Below are positions 1 to 11,500 of a stretch of 64,000 bases of DNA, piece by piece. The DNA comes from an uncultured Gammaproteobacteria bacterium (GTDB lineage: Bacteria; Patescibacteriota; Microgenomatia; UBA10105; UBA927): NCBI GenBank assembly GCA_964430295.1, contig CAYSEV010000001.1, forward strand, positions 5,699-69,698, read 5' to 3'. Position 1 is the stretch's first letter; every line of letters starts with the position of its first letter. A program made the position numbers and the translations under genes. Below the pieces are notes generated by a model, which was given only the letters and a program-made list of their open reading frames with translations, searched no databases and had not been told where the DNA came from.

Positions 1-386
1 AAGAAGCAGGGGAAACCGAAAAACCTGCTGTGTCTGAAAATGCTACCGGAACAGGAGGGTCACTGACCGTCATTGGTACGGCATTGGTAGACACAGGATC
101 CCGTATGGACGACATGATATATGAAGAATTTAAAGGCACGGGCAATATGGAACTTCACTTGTCCCGATCTCTGCAGGAGAGAAGAGTATTTCCTGCAATA
201 GATGTTGTTAAGTCAGGAACGAGACACGATGAATTGCTGCTTGGCGAAGAAAAGATGAAAAAAGTAGTGACGCTTCGTCATATGCTATCACTGTTGGGTG
301 ATGATGAGCGAACAATGATGTTGGTAGAAAAGCTAAGTAAAACAAAAAGCAACGACGAGTTCCTCGATTCTCTTTCTCAGGGATAA
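1..386 (+). CDS. rho: Transcription termination factor Rho, C-terminal fragment. The gene starts upstream of the window; the reading frame is open from nt 3 and stops at TAA 384-386.
   Basis: The translation ...[63 protein letters not shown]... aligns almost residue for residue with the C-terminal RecA-like/ATPase region of bacterial Rho (E. coli ...[62 protein letters not shown]...). The frame is open back to the window edge. Confidence 0.88.
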   Translation, partial: [127 protein letters not shown]

Positions 387-526
387 ATCTGCAACTTTCT
401 AGGATTTTTGTACTATTTTGTAAGTGATGCAGTTAAATATTCGGTCAAATCAATCTATACTAAGTCGTATATGCAAATGGGGCAAATTTTTAATCAGGGA
501 AAAATGGTATAAAATTGCCTAGAAAT

Positions 527-555
527 TTGCTGTCGGTTTACTGATTTAGTATACT
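527..555 (+). promoter_or_regulatory. Putative sigma70-type promoter for the M23 peptidase gene: TTGCTG (527-532), 17-bp spacer, TATACT (550-555).
   Basis: A -35-like and a -10-like hexamer with canonical 17-bp spacing sit about 20 nt upstream of the ATG at 574. This would give a very short leader with no obvious Shine-Dalgarno sequence. Confidence 0.25.
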
Positions 556-573
556 GCGTGTGTCTTACAGCGT

Positions 574-1659
574 ATGAAAAAAAACATACAGGTATTCATT
601 GATGATATCTACACGTGGAGAGACGGCTGGTACCACTATGCACAGCGCCATACACGAAAATTTGCCATGCGTTTTGAAACGCAAAAAGATGTAGTCGTTG
701 ATATACTCATGGCTCGCAGAGGCACGTATCAGCGGCCTTTCTTGCACTTGTCTCTTAGCCTCCTTTTGGTTGCCGGCGTCATTGGTGCACCAGTTATTGC
801 AAACGCATACCCGGGTGGATTGCCGAGCCAACTTGATGACTATACACCATCATCTGCCGTAGCGGTTTCACTTGATTTAAATGAATACGGTGTCCAAACA
901 CAAGTATCTGAAAAACCTCGGGATAAAGTTGAAACATATACAGTAAAAGATGGAGATACACTTGCCAAAGTTGCCGATACGTATGGCGTAAGTATTGATA
1001 CAATAAAGTGGGCAAGTGATCTAAAAAGAGATAGTTTGAGTATAGGTCAGGAACTTAAAATCCCTCCGGTTACAGGTGTTGTACACAAAGTCAGAGAAGG
1101 GGAAACTATACAAAGTATTGCGAAAAAATATCGCACAGATGCGCAGAAAATTGTTAACTTTCCGTTTAATGATTTCACCGATCTGGATACCTTTGCATTG
1201 AATGTGGGGCAGCTCGTTGTTGTTCCTGATGGTATACAGCCAGAGGCAGCACCAATCGCACCGTTCATACCACCTCCTCCGCAAATCGCCTCACTTGGGT
1301 CGGGAAAGCTGTTGTGGCCAACTTCCGGTGTAATTACCCAATACCCAATTTGGTATCATATGGCATACGATATTGCCAATCCTTCTATGCCAGGGGTTAC
1401 TGCTGCAGATAATGGTGTGGTCATTATTCCACCATTCATGCGCTATGGATACGGAAACCATGTCATTATTGATCATGGAGGTGGATTTTCGACATTGTAC
1501 GGGCATTTATCTGAAATCTATGTCAAAACAGGAGATCGTGTGGCACGTGGACAGGTTATTGGCCGAATGGGTACAACAGGTCGTTCAACCGGTACGCATT
1601 TGCATTTTGAAACACGGGTAAACGGCACTCCTGTAAATCCTGCAGGGTATTTTAAATAA
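574..1659 (+). CDS. LysM-LysM-M23 family metallo-endopeptidase (peptidoglycan hydrolase), with an N-terminal signal anchor.
   Basis: There is a hydrophobic anchor, PFLHLSLSLLLVAGVIGAPVIANA. Two LysM-like repeats follow (YTVKDGDTLAKVADTYGVSIDTIKW...GQELKIP and HKVREGETIQSIAKKYRTDAQKI...GQLVVVP). The C-terminus is an M23/LytM domain with the HxxxD motif (HMAYDI), a GYGNHVIIDHGGGFSTLYGHL core and the HxH motif (THLHFE). Confidence 0.85.
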   Translation: MKKNIQVFIDDIYTWRDGWYHYAQRHTRKFAMRFETQKDVVVDILMARRGTYQRPFLHLSLSLLLVAGVIGAPVIANAYPGGLPSQLDDYTPSSAVAVSLDLNEYGVQTQVSEKPRDKVETYTVKDGDTLAKVADTYGVSIDTIKWASDLKRDSLSIGQELKIPPVTGVVHKVREGETIQSIAKKYRTDAQKIVNFPFNDFTDLDTFALNVGQLVVVPDGIQPEAAPIAPFIPPPPQIASLGSGKLLWPTSGVITQYPIWYHMAYDIANPSMPGVTAADNGVVIIPPFMRYGYGNHVIIDHGGGFSTLYGHLSEIYVKTGDRVARGQVIGRMGTTGRSTGTHLHFETRVNGTPVNPAGYFK

Positions 1660-1789
1660 ATGGAGATAAGTAGTCTCACTTTGTCTCTGAGATGGGCTTC
1701 GCGGGACACACTTCGAACTTTTCCAATGCTGTTTTAATAATACATGTGGCAGTGCCACGCGTAGTCCCGATGTCTATCGGGACGAAGTG

Positions 1790-1860
1790 TGGACCCATCG
1801 AGAATCGAACTCGAGTCTCTGCAATGCGAATGCAGTGTTCTACCACTGAACCACGGGCCC
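1790..1860 (-). tRNA. tRNA-Ala, anticodon CGC.
   Basis: Reverse complement: GGGCCCGTGGTTCAGTGGTAGAACACTGCATTCGCATTGCAGAGACTCGAGTTCGATTCTCGATGGGTCCA. It folds as a cloverleaf with a 7-bp acceptor stem carrying the G3:U70 Ala identity pair, D-stem GTTC/GAAC, anticodon stem CTGCA/TGCAG with loop TTCGCAT (U33, anticodon CGC, A37), T-stem TCGAG/CTCGA with T-loop TTCGATT, and discriminator A. CCA is not encoded. Confidence 0.8.
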
Positions 1861-1876
1861 GATATCCAAAAGATGT

Positions 1877-1927
1877 GTCGCGTCAAACGCGACTACCTTC
1901 TCAAACGCGAAAACCGCGTTTGACGCG
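1877..1927 (-). promoter_or_regulatory. Structured spacer between the two tRNA-Ala genes. A 13-bp inverted repeat (cgcgtcaaacgcg at 1879-1891 and cgcgtttgacgcg at 1915-1927) encloses two perfect hairpins: GTCGCG-tcaaa-CGCGAC (1877-1893) and CAAACGCG-aaaac-CGCGTTTG (1902-1922).
   Basis: The complementarity can be read directly. On the transcribed (minus) strand the hairpins lie between the two tRNAs, and a short U-run (CUUUUGG) follows the second. The element could be a processing or anti-termination structure, or a weak terminator. Confidence 0.4.
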
Positions 1928-1928
1928 G

Positions 1929-1999
1929 TGGACCCGAGGGGAATTGAACCCCTTTCTACTCCATGCCATGGAGTTATACTACCGGTGTACTACGGGCCC
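1929..1999 (-). tRNA. tRNA-Ala, anticodon GGC.
   Basis: Reverse complement: GGGCCCGTAGTACACCGGTAGTATAACTCCATGGCATGGAGTAGAAAGGGGTTCAATTCCCCTCGGGTCCA. It has the same acceptor stem as the other tRNA, with G3:U70, D-stem GTAC/GTAT, anticodon stem ACTCC/GGAGT with loop ATGGCAT (U33, anticodon GGC, A37), T-stem AGGGG/CCCCT with T-loop TTCAATT, and discriminator A. Confidence 0.8.
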
Positions 2000-2075
2000 G
2001 GTGATGAGATTATAACAAAAAAACCACAAAAAAGCCTACCCTCATAGCAGTGTATGTTCAGGAAGGCTCATTTGG

Positions 2076-2300
2076 TTATCTGTCTGTTGATACACCAGCG
2101 ACTGATGGTGTGCTGGCATTCATTTGCTGGTTTACAAAATTACCAACAATAGCCCCAACGCCAAGCATCAGAGCAAATGCCACGACTAGCATCCATCCAC
2201 GCACCACTACCAGATAGTTCTCATTGGTGCCCGTTGAGGCTCGTGAGACTTTTTTGGAAGCCGCGCGATGATGTACGCGTCGCACTACTTTCTTTTTCAT
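2076..2300 (-). CDS. Doubtful small membrane protein (about 74 aa from the MKKKVVRR start; the ORF is open to 2336).
   Basis: The ORF shows a basic N-terminus (MKKKVVRRVHHRAASKKVSR) followed by one clear hydrophobic helix (WMLVVAFALMLGVGAIVGNFV). There is no convincing RBS and I recognise no homology. It would be co-directional with the tRNA pair. Confidence 0.22.
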   Translation of the reverse strand: MKKKVVRRVHHRAASKKVSRASTGTNENYLVVVRGWMLVVAFALMLGVGAIVGNFVNQQMNASTPSVAGVSTDR

Positions 2301-2453
2301 ACATCCAGTGTGGCATGAAAAAAGCGACCCTGTCAATCCCTAGTTTTCACGAAAATTATAGTATCCACATGTAAAATGCCAAAAATTGAGTGCCTCATTT
2401 GCATGTAACCGTACATAATTTTCTATTGATGCAGATATAGTACACACTGGCCA

Positions 2454-2482
2454 TTGACGGGATGTGTTCGCATATATATATT
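2454..2482 (+). promoter_or_regulatory. Putative sigma70-type promoter for giant gene 1: TTGACG (2454-2459), 17-bp spacer, TATATT (2477-2482).
   Basis: This is a near-consensus -35 with exact 17-bp spacing to an AT-rich -10, about 100 nt upstream of the GTG at 2582. The intergenic region 2337-2581 is AT-rich. Confidence 0.3.
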
Positions 2483-2581
2483 ATTACTATAGAAACACTT
2501 GCAGGGTTTCCGTACATGGGCACGTTTTGATTGTCAAAACAATAAAAACGACGGAATTGGGGCAGATTAAACGTCTGCACT

Positions 2582-5500
2582 GTGGGCGAACTTATACAAC
2601 GGGTTTTTCATCTGATTGAAAACAAAAGATATTCAGTATCTTCTTCTCAAAACCCCTCCAAACGATCTGGTTATTTATCGAATGATACGGTAAACAATAG
2701 TCGATCATCAGGGTTTGTTCAATTGCTTCCATTGGTTCTACTTGTCATTTTTGCCAGTAGTGTGTTTTTAGTGGTAAATCAGGTGGAACGATCAAATCAG
2801 GATGTTCGAAGTCGTGCTTCAGGACAGTATCCAAACGTTACGGTGACACCCGCTAAGACGAATACACCATCTCCCGCAAAAACAGTAACACCGACTGTCG
2901 TGAGAACGGGTACCCCCACCACTGCAAAAACAAATACTCCGGTGACAACAAGGACCGGTACACCGACCGCTGCAAAAACAAATGCTCCGGTGGCAACAAA
3001 AACTTCCACAACTACTCCGTTGGCACCGTGTCGTCCAAATATGCATAGAACAATGGGTGGGGACTGTGTCTCGAATTCCAGCACTACCGCACCAACGGGG
3101 TTTGTGAGCGGAAAGCCGGCAACGCCAAGGCCATCTGTTACCAGTGCACCAGCAGCTACTCCGACACCATGTCCGTTCTTCTCGATGTGTACATTGAACA
3201 AATTGCTTGGAAACAACACTCCGACACCGTCTCTCAAACCGACTACAACTGGTTCTTTTGGGAGCTTGGCCGGTACAGCGGGTGCAGGGACAGGAACGAG
3301 AAAACCAACTGCAACGCAGACGCAACGACCAAATCCAACAGGTTCGCCGTCTCCGACTCCAAAAAGCCGGTTTATGTGCGGATGCGGATTATTGGATGGT
3401 TCATGTTTGGCGAGTTGTGTAGCATCAGGGTTTTCTACACCAACAAAAACGCCGGTTCCGACAAGAACAACAACCCCGGCAAGGACTCCAACAGGTAATC
3501 CGTTTGCCGGAGTCACAGCAGGTGTTGGGACAAGAACGCCGACGCCTCAAAAAACAACAACGCCACAGAAGACGGCAACGCCAAACAAAACAGCGACACC
3601 CGGTGTCAGTGCTACACCGACATTGAAACCCGGCGCAGGTTGTGTCGTCGGTGTGTTTGGATTGTGGGATACGTGTAGTCAATGTTCAAATGGGCATCAT
3701 TCTGTCAGAGGTGGCGGAGAAGTATGTAACGGTGGGCCGTCAATCACACCTCCATGGCAGGCAACAAAAACGCCAACAATAAACCCATCAAAGTCACCTA
3801 CTGCAAAAGTCAGTGCGACACCGACAAAAACGGCACTTCAGAGTTGTATAGCAGGGTGCTATGGCTCGTCGTCCTGTATCACCCAGTGTGGTAAAAATAA
3901 TCCGACAGCAACGCCTCAAAAAACAGCAACACCGACGTTAAGCGATCTTCAGAAGCAGCAACAGGCATTGGGAGGATGTATTCAGGATGCAAAGGGAGAT
4001 GCCGCAAAAGTTAACGCATGTATCAGTAAGTATCCGAAGCCTTCAACAACGCCACAGAAGACGGCAACGCCACAGAAAACAGCGACACCTGGTGTCAGTG
4101 CAACACCAACGCTGAAGCCTGGAGCAAGTTGTGTTGTTGGCCTGTTTGGATGGGGAGATACATGTAGTCAATGTTCAAGTGGTCATCATGCTGTCAGAGG
4201 TGTTGGGGAAGTTTGTAACGGTGGACCGTCTATAACACCTCCATGGCAGGCAACAAAAACGCCAACACCAAAAGTAAGCATTACGCCTTCCAAAACAGTC
4301 ACACCAGCAAAAACAGGTACGCCTACTGCTGCCCCGACAATCGTTCTTCTGAAAGCAGGACAAAACTGTAATGTCTTTGGATCGTATGCAAGTTGTGGTC
4401 ATTGTCCATACGGAAGTGAACTGCAAGGATTAAATGGCGTCTGTAAACCGGCACCATCAGGGCAACCACAAGTTCCCACATATTTACAACCCGGAGCCGA
4501 TTGTAATCAGTCTGGAGCAGTGAACAACTGTAATAGATGTCCATATGGTGCAAATCTTGGTGGATATTGCTATCTGGCTCCCGATACAAAAATAAATCCA
4601 ACAGGTACGACAAAGCCAACAGGGACAGTTGCTGCTACAAGAACACCTACAGTTGCTCCAACAGGTACAGTTAGACCAACTGTAGCTCCATCAGCTAAAC
4701 CTGTGCCTACAACAACACCGCCACCCATACTTGCTGATCTGAAAAAAGGAACGCAAAGCTGCGGAGGTATAGATGCAGGTGCAGTTGTTATAGGAGAAGG
4801 ACATCATTTATATGGTTGTGATGGGAGAACAGGGACCTATGTTGATTTGACCAAAACTGGCACAGGCGTTACAGAAGCGGACCTGACTGCAAAGTATATA
4901 CCTGCATGGTATGAAGGATCAAAAACACAAACTGCTGTTGAAACGGCTCAATTTGAAGCGGCAAAAAATAAACAAAATAAAGAGAATGGTGTAGTTATCC
5001 CAAGCGGATCATGTTCGGGTGAAGGAGGAAGAAGTTATAGTGTCGGAACCGTTGTTATGGATAATTATGTCTGTGGCGAAGGTGGACGATGGACAAAGTG
5101 TGATCCGACAAAAGATGTCATGTGCGTACCCGATATTAGCAATATTCCGGCGTATGCACAACAAAGTATCACAAAGGCGCAGTATGATGCACTTTTGGCA
5201 AGTAACACTGCCGGCCTTATACAGGGAGCAGATGGAAAATACTATCAGATTACAGATCCAAAATTGGCCGCTGCGTATGATACCAAACAGAAAGAATTGC
5301 AAAAAATACAAAGTAATTTTGAAACCTGTGGTGGTAGTCAAAGCTGTGTGGATGCAGCACTCAAAGCTATGGGAAATTCCACAGCTGCACTGACCGCGAA
5401 AGTGAATTTTGTTGAGACACAACAATCCCAAAGCGCTCTCATGAGTTATTTTGAGCAAAAAGAACTGTATGACGCCTGTGTTTCACTGCACGGCGAATCA

Positions 5501-8500
5501 GGCTGTAGTAAATATGCGATGACACAGGCGTTTCTTGAAACAGGAGGGGCATATGGGGCCACATTGAAGGATGTTGACGTGCAGTATGCTTCCTATTTGG
5601 AATCAAAGTACGGTGCAGCGTCAGGTTCAGGTTCGTCTGGAATGGACCCTGCTGCTGAAAAATTAGCGAACGAGATATTAAATGCTCAAACAGCAGCCGC
5701 CAGAAACGCAATTATTGCAAATGCGGTTACTAACTGTGTTGCAAATGGTGGAGATAGGATTGCCTGTTCGAATGATATTCAGGGTTTTGCAAATAACGTG
5801 TTATATAGAGATAAAATTCTGGACGTAATGATCTCGGGTGATGCAGCAGCAAAGCAAAAATTGTGCCTTGAAATAAATCCGGGATCTTCGGGGAGTCGTG
5901 ATAATAATCCATGTTCACCTGAAAAAATAAATATAACCCTTTCATCAACATTGTCTGATTCCGATCCACTAAAGGTGCAGATCCGCTATGTGGAAGTTTC
6001 CACAGATGACGCAGCCCTTCGTCGTGTTTGTCCGACGTGTTTCAATAAAGACGGTACAGTGAACCAGACAGAAAAAAATAAATACCTTACAAAAATTACC
6101 ACTGCTGCAGGCTTAACAACAGAACAGGTTAAATCCCTCGAAACACAGGCTGCCGCTGTGCAAAACTACGAAACCGCCCTTAAGAAATCAGGACTTACGG
6201 AAGAACAGTTTAAAGCACAACAGGAAGCAGCTATGGCATACATGGCAGATAAGCTATCTGCAGGAAGTTATGCAGCATATGCACAGCAGGTAGCAAGCGG
6301 TGCCATACTCGCCACAGATGTTCAGAAAATGATAGAAAATGTGAACTCCTCCTGTGGAAAATTCCTTGGCATTAATTGGAAGGGCGGGTCAGACGGGTGT
6401 GCTGCAGCGAAGGATACGCTCATGTTGAATGCGTACAGCGACCAGGCAAAGGCGGAAATATTTGCCGGATATGATACATCCAACGCGTATAAGGATTACC
6501 TAAAATCGAAAGGACTTACACTGCAAACAGATTCGGAAGCAACCAAAGAACAGTTCTATCTGGATTCCATGAAAGCACTTGCAGACAACCATCAGTACAT
6601 GGTGAATGCAGATATATTGCGAGAAGGACAGAATGAAGCGGCGATTTTTGATCAAACCGCACGCGGGCAATTTGCAGCAATCACTTTGGATAAAGCTGTT
6701 GATGCCAATTTATCTCCAATGGGGCAATTCGGAATAACGGTTTACAAAGCAGTCGAATTCCTGAATCCTCAGACATGGACCGGCGGCGGGTATCATAACG
6801 ACGCGATAAATGCACAGTTCCTGCAGCAGCAGATGATAAACAACAATCCAACTGAGTATAAAACTATTCTGGATGGGTACTTAACTGATCCAGACTATCT
6901 AAAGGCAAAGAAAGACTATGAAACAAAAAATCCGGGTAAAACTCTAAGTACGCAGGAATATCAAAAAGACCTGCTGACGCAAGGTATGGCTATGGAGCGT
7001 GATGCGGAGCGAAGGGGTTTCCTCTGGCTGGATGTTACCGGAGATCGGTTGGATCTTGGAAAACCTGCCATGAATATGATCGCCGATGATTCCAAGTGGC
7101 TGGAGCAGGGGATTCTTCTTGGAAAAGTTAATCCAAACACGCTCAATACGGGTCTTGATACGATTAAGAACAATACTTCATTATCGGATGAAGCCAAAAA
7201 ACAACAGGCACAACAACTCGTCGGTGATATGTTTACATCTGCACTCGTACCGCAACAGTTGTCGGCATTAGACACAAGTGATGCATACAAAAATTACCTC
7301 ACTGCGAACAAACTAACAGATACGGAGGCTTCCCGAAAAGATTTCGTTGCCCAAAATGTGAAATCGTACATGGATTGTAAAGGATCATCATGGTATCAGA
7401 ACAGTTGTGATGATTATGCAAAAGTAAATGGAGAACAGTACACACTGGCTCAGGCTGTAACAGGTACAAAAGACTTTACCGGTATTAATAATGCGGTGGA
7501 GGGCTTACGAGATATGGGGGCAGGTACTTCCTTGTTGGTTAAGGTAAATTCCATGACGGGTGGAGATATGTCGAAAGGAAACGCAGAATCACTTGCTGCA
7601 ATGAATGAATTAACCGAGCGAAACCCAGTTCTGAAGAATTCAAAGTTCCTGCAGGGAGTTGCCAACGTCGTGTTACCGATTTATGAAGGTGCAACAAACC
7701 CCTTCAATTTACGTGGTATGGCAACCAACGCTGTCTTGGACGCAGTCGGTGTTCCAAACACATTTGATTCCAGAGGATGGGCATATTTTGAAAATCAGTA
7801 TCAGGGAAATGCCACAAAGGCATATATAAAACCCGCTGCGGCTGTATCCGTATTGGCTGCGCCGTTTGTAGCTCCTGCATTTAGTATCGTTGCGACACCA
7901 TTGGCATTAACTCAAACCACAATTAATTCTTACTTCATGCTCAACAGTTTCGGCAATATGAACAAAGCCTGTGTATCGGGATCGTTAACAAAAGAATGTG
8001 CTATGGCAGCAGGCAACAGTGCACTTATGACCGCATTTACATTCGGTGGCGCGATAATGGGAGACTATGCAACAGGTCAAAAACTTGCACAGGGAGAACA
8101 GGTATTAAACGCATCTCAGATGGCCAAACCGGGATACATAGAATCAGCAAAGGAATTGGCTACTAATTTTGTAAAGGCAGATGCAAACGGCGCATACACA
8201 GCCGCAGCCGCATCACAGCAGGCAGTGGGAAGAGCTGCTGCCGGATTCTTCACCTATCAGGCTATCGATACATGTAAAGCCAGTCCATGGTCAACTGAAT
8301 GTATAACATCAATCGGTATGGCCGGGTTAACAATCCCTGGTGCCTTAGGTATTCAGGGACTGGGAAGCTTTAAAGTGACCGAAGGGCTTAGTGCAGATAT
8401 AGGATTCACTGCACTCAATGCTGTTCAAATCGCTGAAGGGTGTATCAATCCAGATAAACGTTCGATGGACGCGTGTATCGCAGGACTTGGATTTACAGTA

Positions 8501-11500
8501 TTGGGACTTCATGAAACGCCGGTGACCGGAGGCGCAAATGCTGTAGAGGCAAAGCCTGAAGATCTGATCCCGCCCCCCGATGCATATGAACTTGCGAAAA
8601 CCAAGTATCTGGAAATGGTTGACGGCAACGGATTGCCTAAAAAAGGATTTACCGCGGAACAGGTAAAAACAGCAGAGACGGAGCTTAGAACTGCGTTGAC
8701 TCAAGAGGCGCAGAGGGTGGCGGCAAAGCAGCTTGCCGAAGAGTCTGTGGCAAATAAGTATGTGACGGCTGAACCTGCCAAGCCAGGTTTTATTGAATCT
8801 GTGAAGTCTCTCTTTACCAAGAAAACGTTTGTGGAAACATCCATTCAGTCAGATCTAGCCAAAGCAGCAGAGACAATGAAAGAAGCTGAAGCCAAGTACT
8901 TGGAAGCCAAAAAAGAAGCGGCAAAAACAGATACGACAAAAACACCGGAAGAACGGGCGGCTGACCTGCAAACGGCAAAGGAAGCATACGAAAAAGCGTA
9001 TGTTGACCTTGCAGGTAAAAACACACTGGCTATTCAGGAAAAATCTATTTACGATGGACCATCATTGGTTAAAAGAGTTACGGATTCAGTATTGGATCTT
9101 TTCAAAGGTAATCAGACTGAACGAAGCACGTTACAAAAAATGCAAGAGGAGGCTGCAAAGTTGGCCCGTGAATATCAGGCAGCGGATCCTGCCGCTAAAG
9201 AACAGCTGCATAATGACTATATTGAACAACTAGGCAACGTCCAAAAAGCACAGCAGGCATTAGACATCAGCAGACTTTCACCTGTGCAACAGGAGTTATA
9301 TAAGAAGATGGCTGCCGAAAAGCAGACGATTACGGATTTGCAAAAAAAGCTTGTCACAGAAGTTGCCTATAATGCGGAAAACACCACGCGTATTCAGGAG
9401 TTGGCTACGGAAATTGCCCAGCATAAGGTCACTCTCGCAAAAGCAGCGGCCGAAATGGCGATAGCAAAATCATTCGGTGGGCGGATCGCCGAACTGTTTG
9501 GGCAAACACAGTGGATCACTAATCGAGCGGCTCAGCAAACAGGTGCAGCACAAACGGAAGAAGCAAAGAAGAAACAGGAATTTAAAGCGTCACAGGCGGA
9601 AATTGAAAGCGCTCGAGATATCGTCAAACAGTATACAGAAGGGTTAAAAGCTGATAATCCGAGAGTATTGGAAATGCAGCGTGGACTCAATAAAGGTAGT
9701 GCAGAATTTACGAAAATACTGGAAGCAGAACGAACGGGTCTCACACCTGAGCAGGAAGCGACATGGAAGAAATCCATTATAGAAAATCAGGCAGAGCGTG
9801 ATGCATTGGCAGCCGGTGATCGCACTGCCGTTGAAAAAGCTATCTCTGATCGTTTTGAAGCACTCAAAGAGATCGAAGGTTTGACAGATTTAGAGAAATC
9901 GTACATTGAAAAACTAAGATCTTTGGAGGAACAAATAAGAAATAAAACAGTCGATACAAATCAGCTGATAAATGAGTTCAATAGAGCCCAAAAAGTTACC
10001 GAGTACAATAAGACACTTACAGATCTGCAAAAATCAATAGAAGCGCGATTGAAAGGTCCAGAGAATCTGCAACAAAGAGCTTCAGATTTGTTGAAAATCG
10101 TAAAAACTCTAAAACAAGTTGATTTGCTTGTAGATGTGCATACAGCAATCGGAGAAGGTAAGCCAGGTAAGGCTGCTTCTCTATTGCAGACAAAAGAATG
10201 GTCAATTCCCAAGGATATGGAGGGATTTACAGAACCCGGAATGAGCGAACAGTTTGAGTTTATCGTGCGCGATGTTGAGCATAGGCTTGCCGTTGATGAA
10301 GGTGGATTCAGAAGTCAGAGAGGCAATCAGGCAGATACAGTCCTCAAACTTATGCAGACGGACAGAATCGCCGTAGAGTTGACAACGAACGGAGTTAAAA
10401 CGACCATGGTAGGTTCAACAATCCTCAGAATGGAACTTGAGGTGTTTGAAAGGACTCCTGTGTTCGTAGCGAAAAAAGGCCAAACAGATGCTGTAAGAGA
10501 TATTATTAAAAAGTTAGTTCCAGAAGGGACAGATATTCAAATTGTTAAAGCAAGTGATTTAAATGGCACAGCAGGTGACGGTCGTGCTACTGCAATTGCG
10601 AATGCAGATATACTAATTATAGAACCGCATGAGGGAAACTTTATTCGCAATGCAAGCTTGGGCAAAGGTGAAAACGGCGCCAATATAGATGCAGCGACTA
10701 GAGTTTACAACAAGCTGACAAACGATGTTGCACTGTATGTTGATGAACTTCATCTGAATCTGGATATCAGCCAGCAGGGTATTAACCCGGTCGGCAATGA
10801 CTCCGCTCCGATTACAAAAGCACAGGCTGCGATAGCAAAAAGGACGGGAGACATTCTCAAAGACATGCAATTAATTGTCGAAAAGAACTTTGCGGAATGG
10901 GGTAAATACAATGGAAAAGACGGACTACTTCGGACAACAACACAGGCAGATGGAACGATCGTTTCCGATCCACGATTCTCAAGAGAAGTCGTAACTGAAT
11001 TCCTAAAGAGAATAGGCGAGTCTGAACGAATTCCGCAGGATATTATTGATACTATCCGCGACAGAGCTAGTGAATTTAAGAACCTATCGGAAAACGAAGT
11101 AGGAGTAAAACTGAAAGAACTGTTAGGAGAAAAAGCCTCAAGCAGTACTGTTGCCTCGTTAAGTGAGCAGGGCATAAAGGTGCTTGATTATATTGATTCT
11201 CTGAATACATTTGCCAATGGTATGGCGAGAACGTATGGTTCTGATTATCAGTACGCTATTGATGATGTAATCGCAAAGCAAAACGGAGGAGTTGAACGAA
11301 AGAGTGCCGTTCCTGCTTCAGGAGGAGATTTGAGTAAAGGCCAGGCGTTTGACTCAAAGATGATGCCTGCCATGGAATATCTAGCAGCGACAGCTGTGGG
11401 TGAGACCCCGAATTTTGAGGGGCTTAAGGCTACGCCAGAAAGTGCCTATAAATCCAGTGTTGCTGACTGGATGGGAGATCTTTCAAATGGGAGTGCTATC

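Noticed and set aside
585-592. Poly-A tracts at or near the 5' ends of genes and inside the giant genes (585-592, about 46461, 50241 and 60200) as possible phase-variation switches.
   Set aside because: Runs of 7-8 A are expected by composition in AT-rich DNA with frequent Lys (AAA) codons. There is no evidence of length heterogeneity, and no pairing with a promoter spacer or an early frameshift-sensitive position except the M23 start, which alone is not convincing.
1764-1783. Hairpin GTCCCGAT-gtct-ATCGGGAC just downstream of the tRNA-Ala(CGC) 3' end, as a possible terminator.
   Set aside because: A perfect 8-bp stem is present, but there is no U-tract on either strand. It may be a processing or structural element and is not callable as an intrinsic terminator.
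1692-2015. A + strand 107-aa ORF.
   Set aside because: It overlaps both minus-strand tRNA-Ala genes completely, and its translation is featureless, so it is spurious.
2797-3516. Long antisense ORFs inside giant gene 1 (for example 2797..3516 - at 239 aa, 2819..3325 - and 3425..3682 -).
   Set aside because: They lie wholly within the Thr/Pro-rich ACN-repeat coding region of the + strand gene. The low-complexity, stop-poor antisense frames (Val/Gly or Cys/Arg-rich translations) are artefacts of the repeat composition.
2820-4740. Possible CRISPR-like or satellite repeat array suggested by the periodic ACN-rich DNA.
   Set aside because: The periodicity is codon-level (Thr-Pro-x repeats) within an intact reading frame, the repeat units are imperfect, and there are no conserved direct repeats with unique spacers. 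It is a protein-coding low-complexity region.
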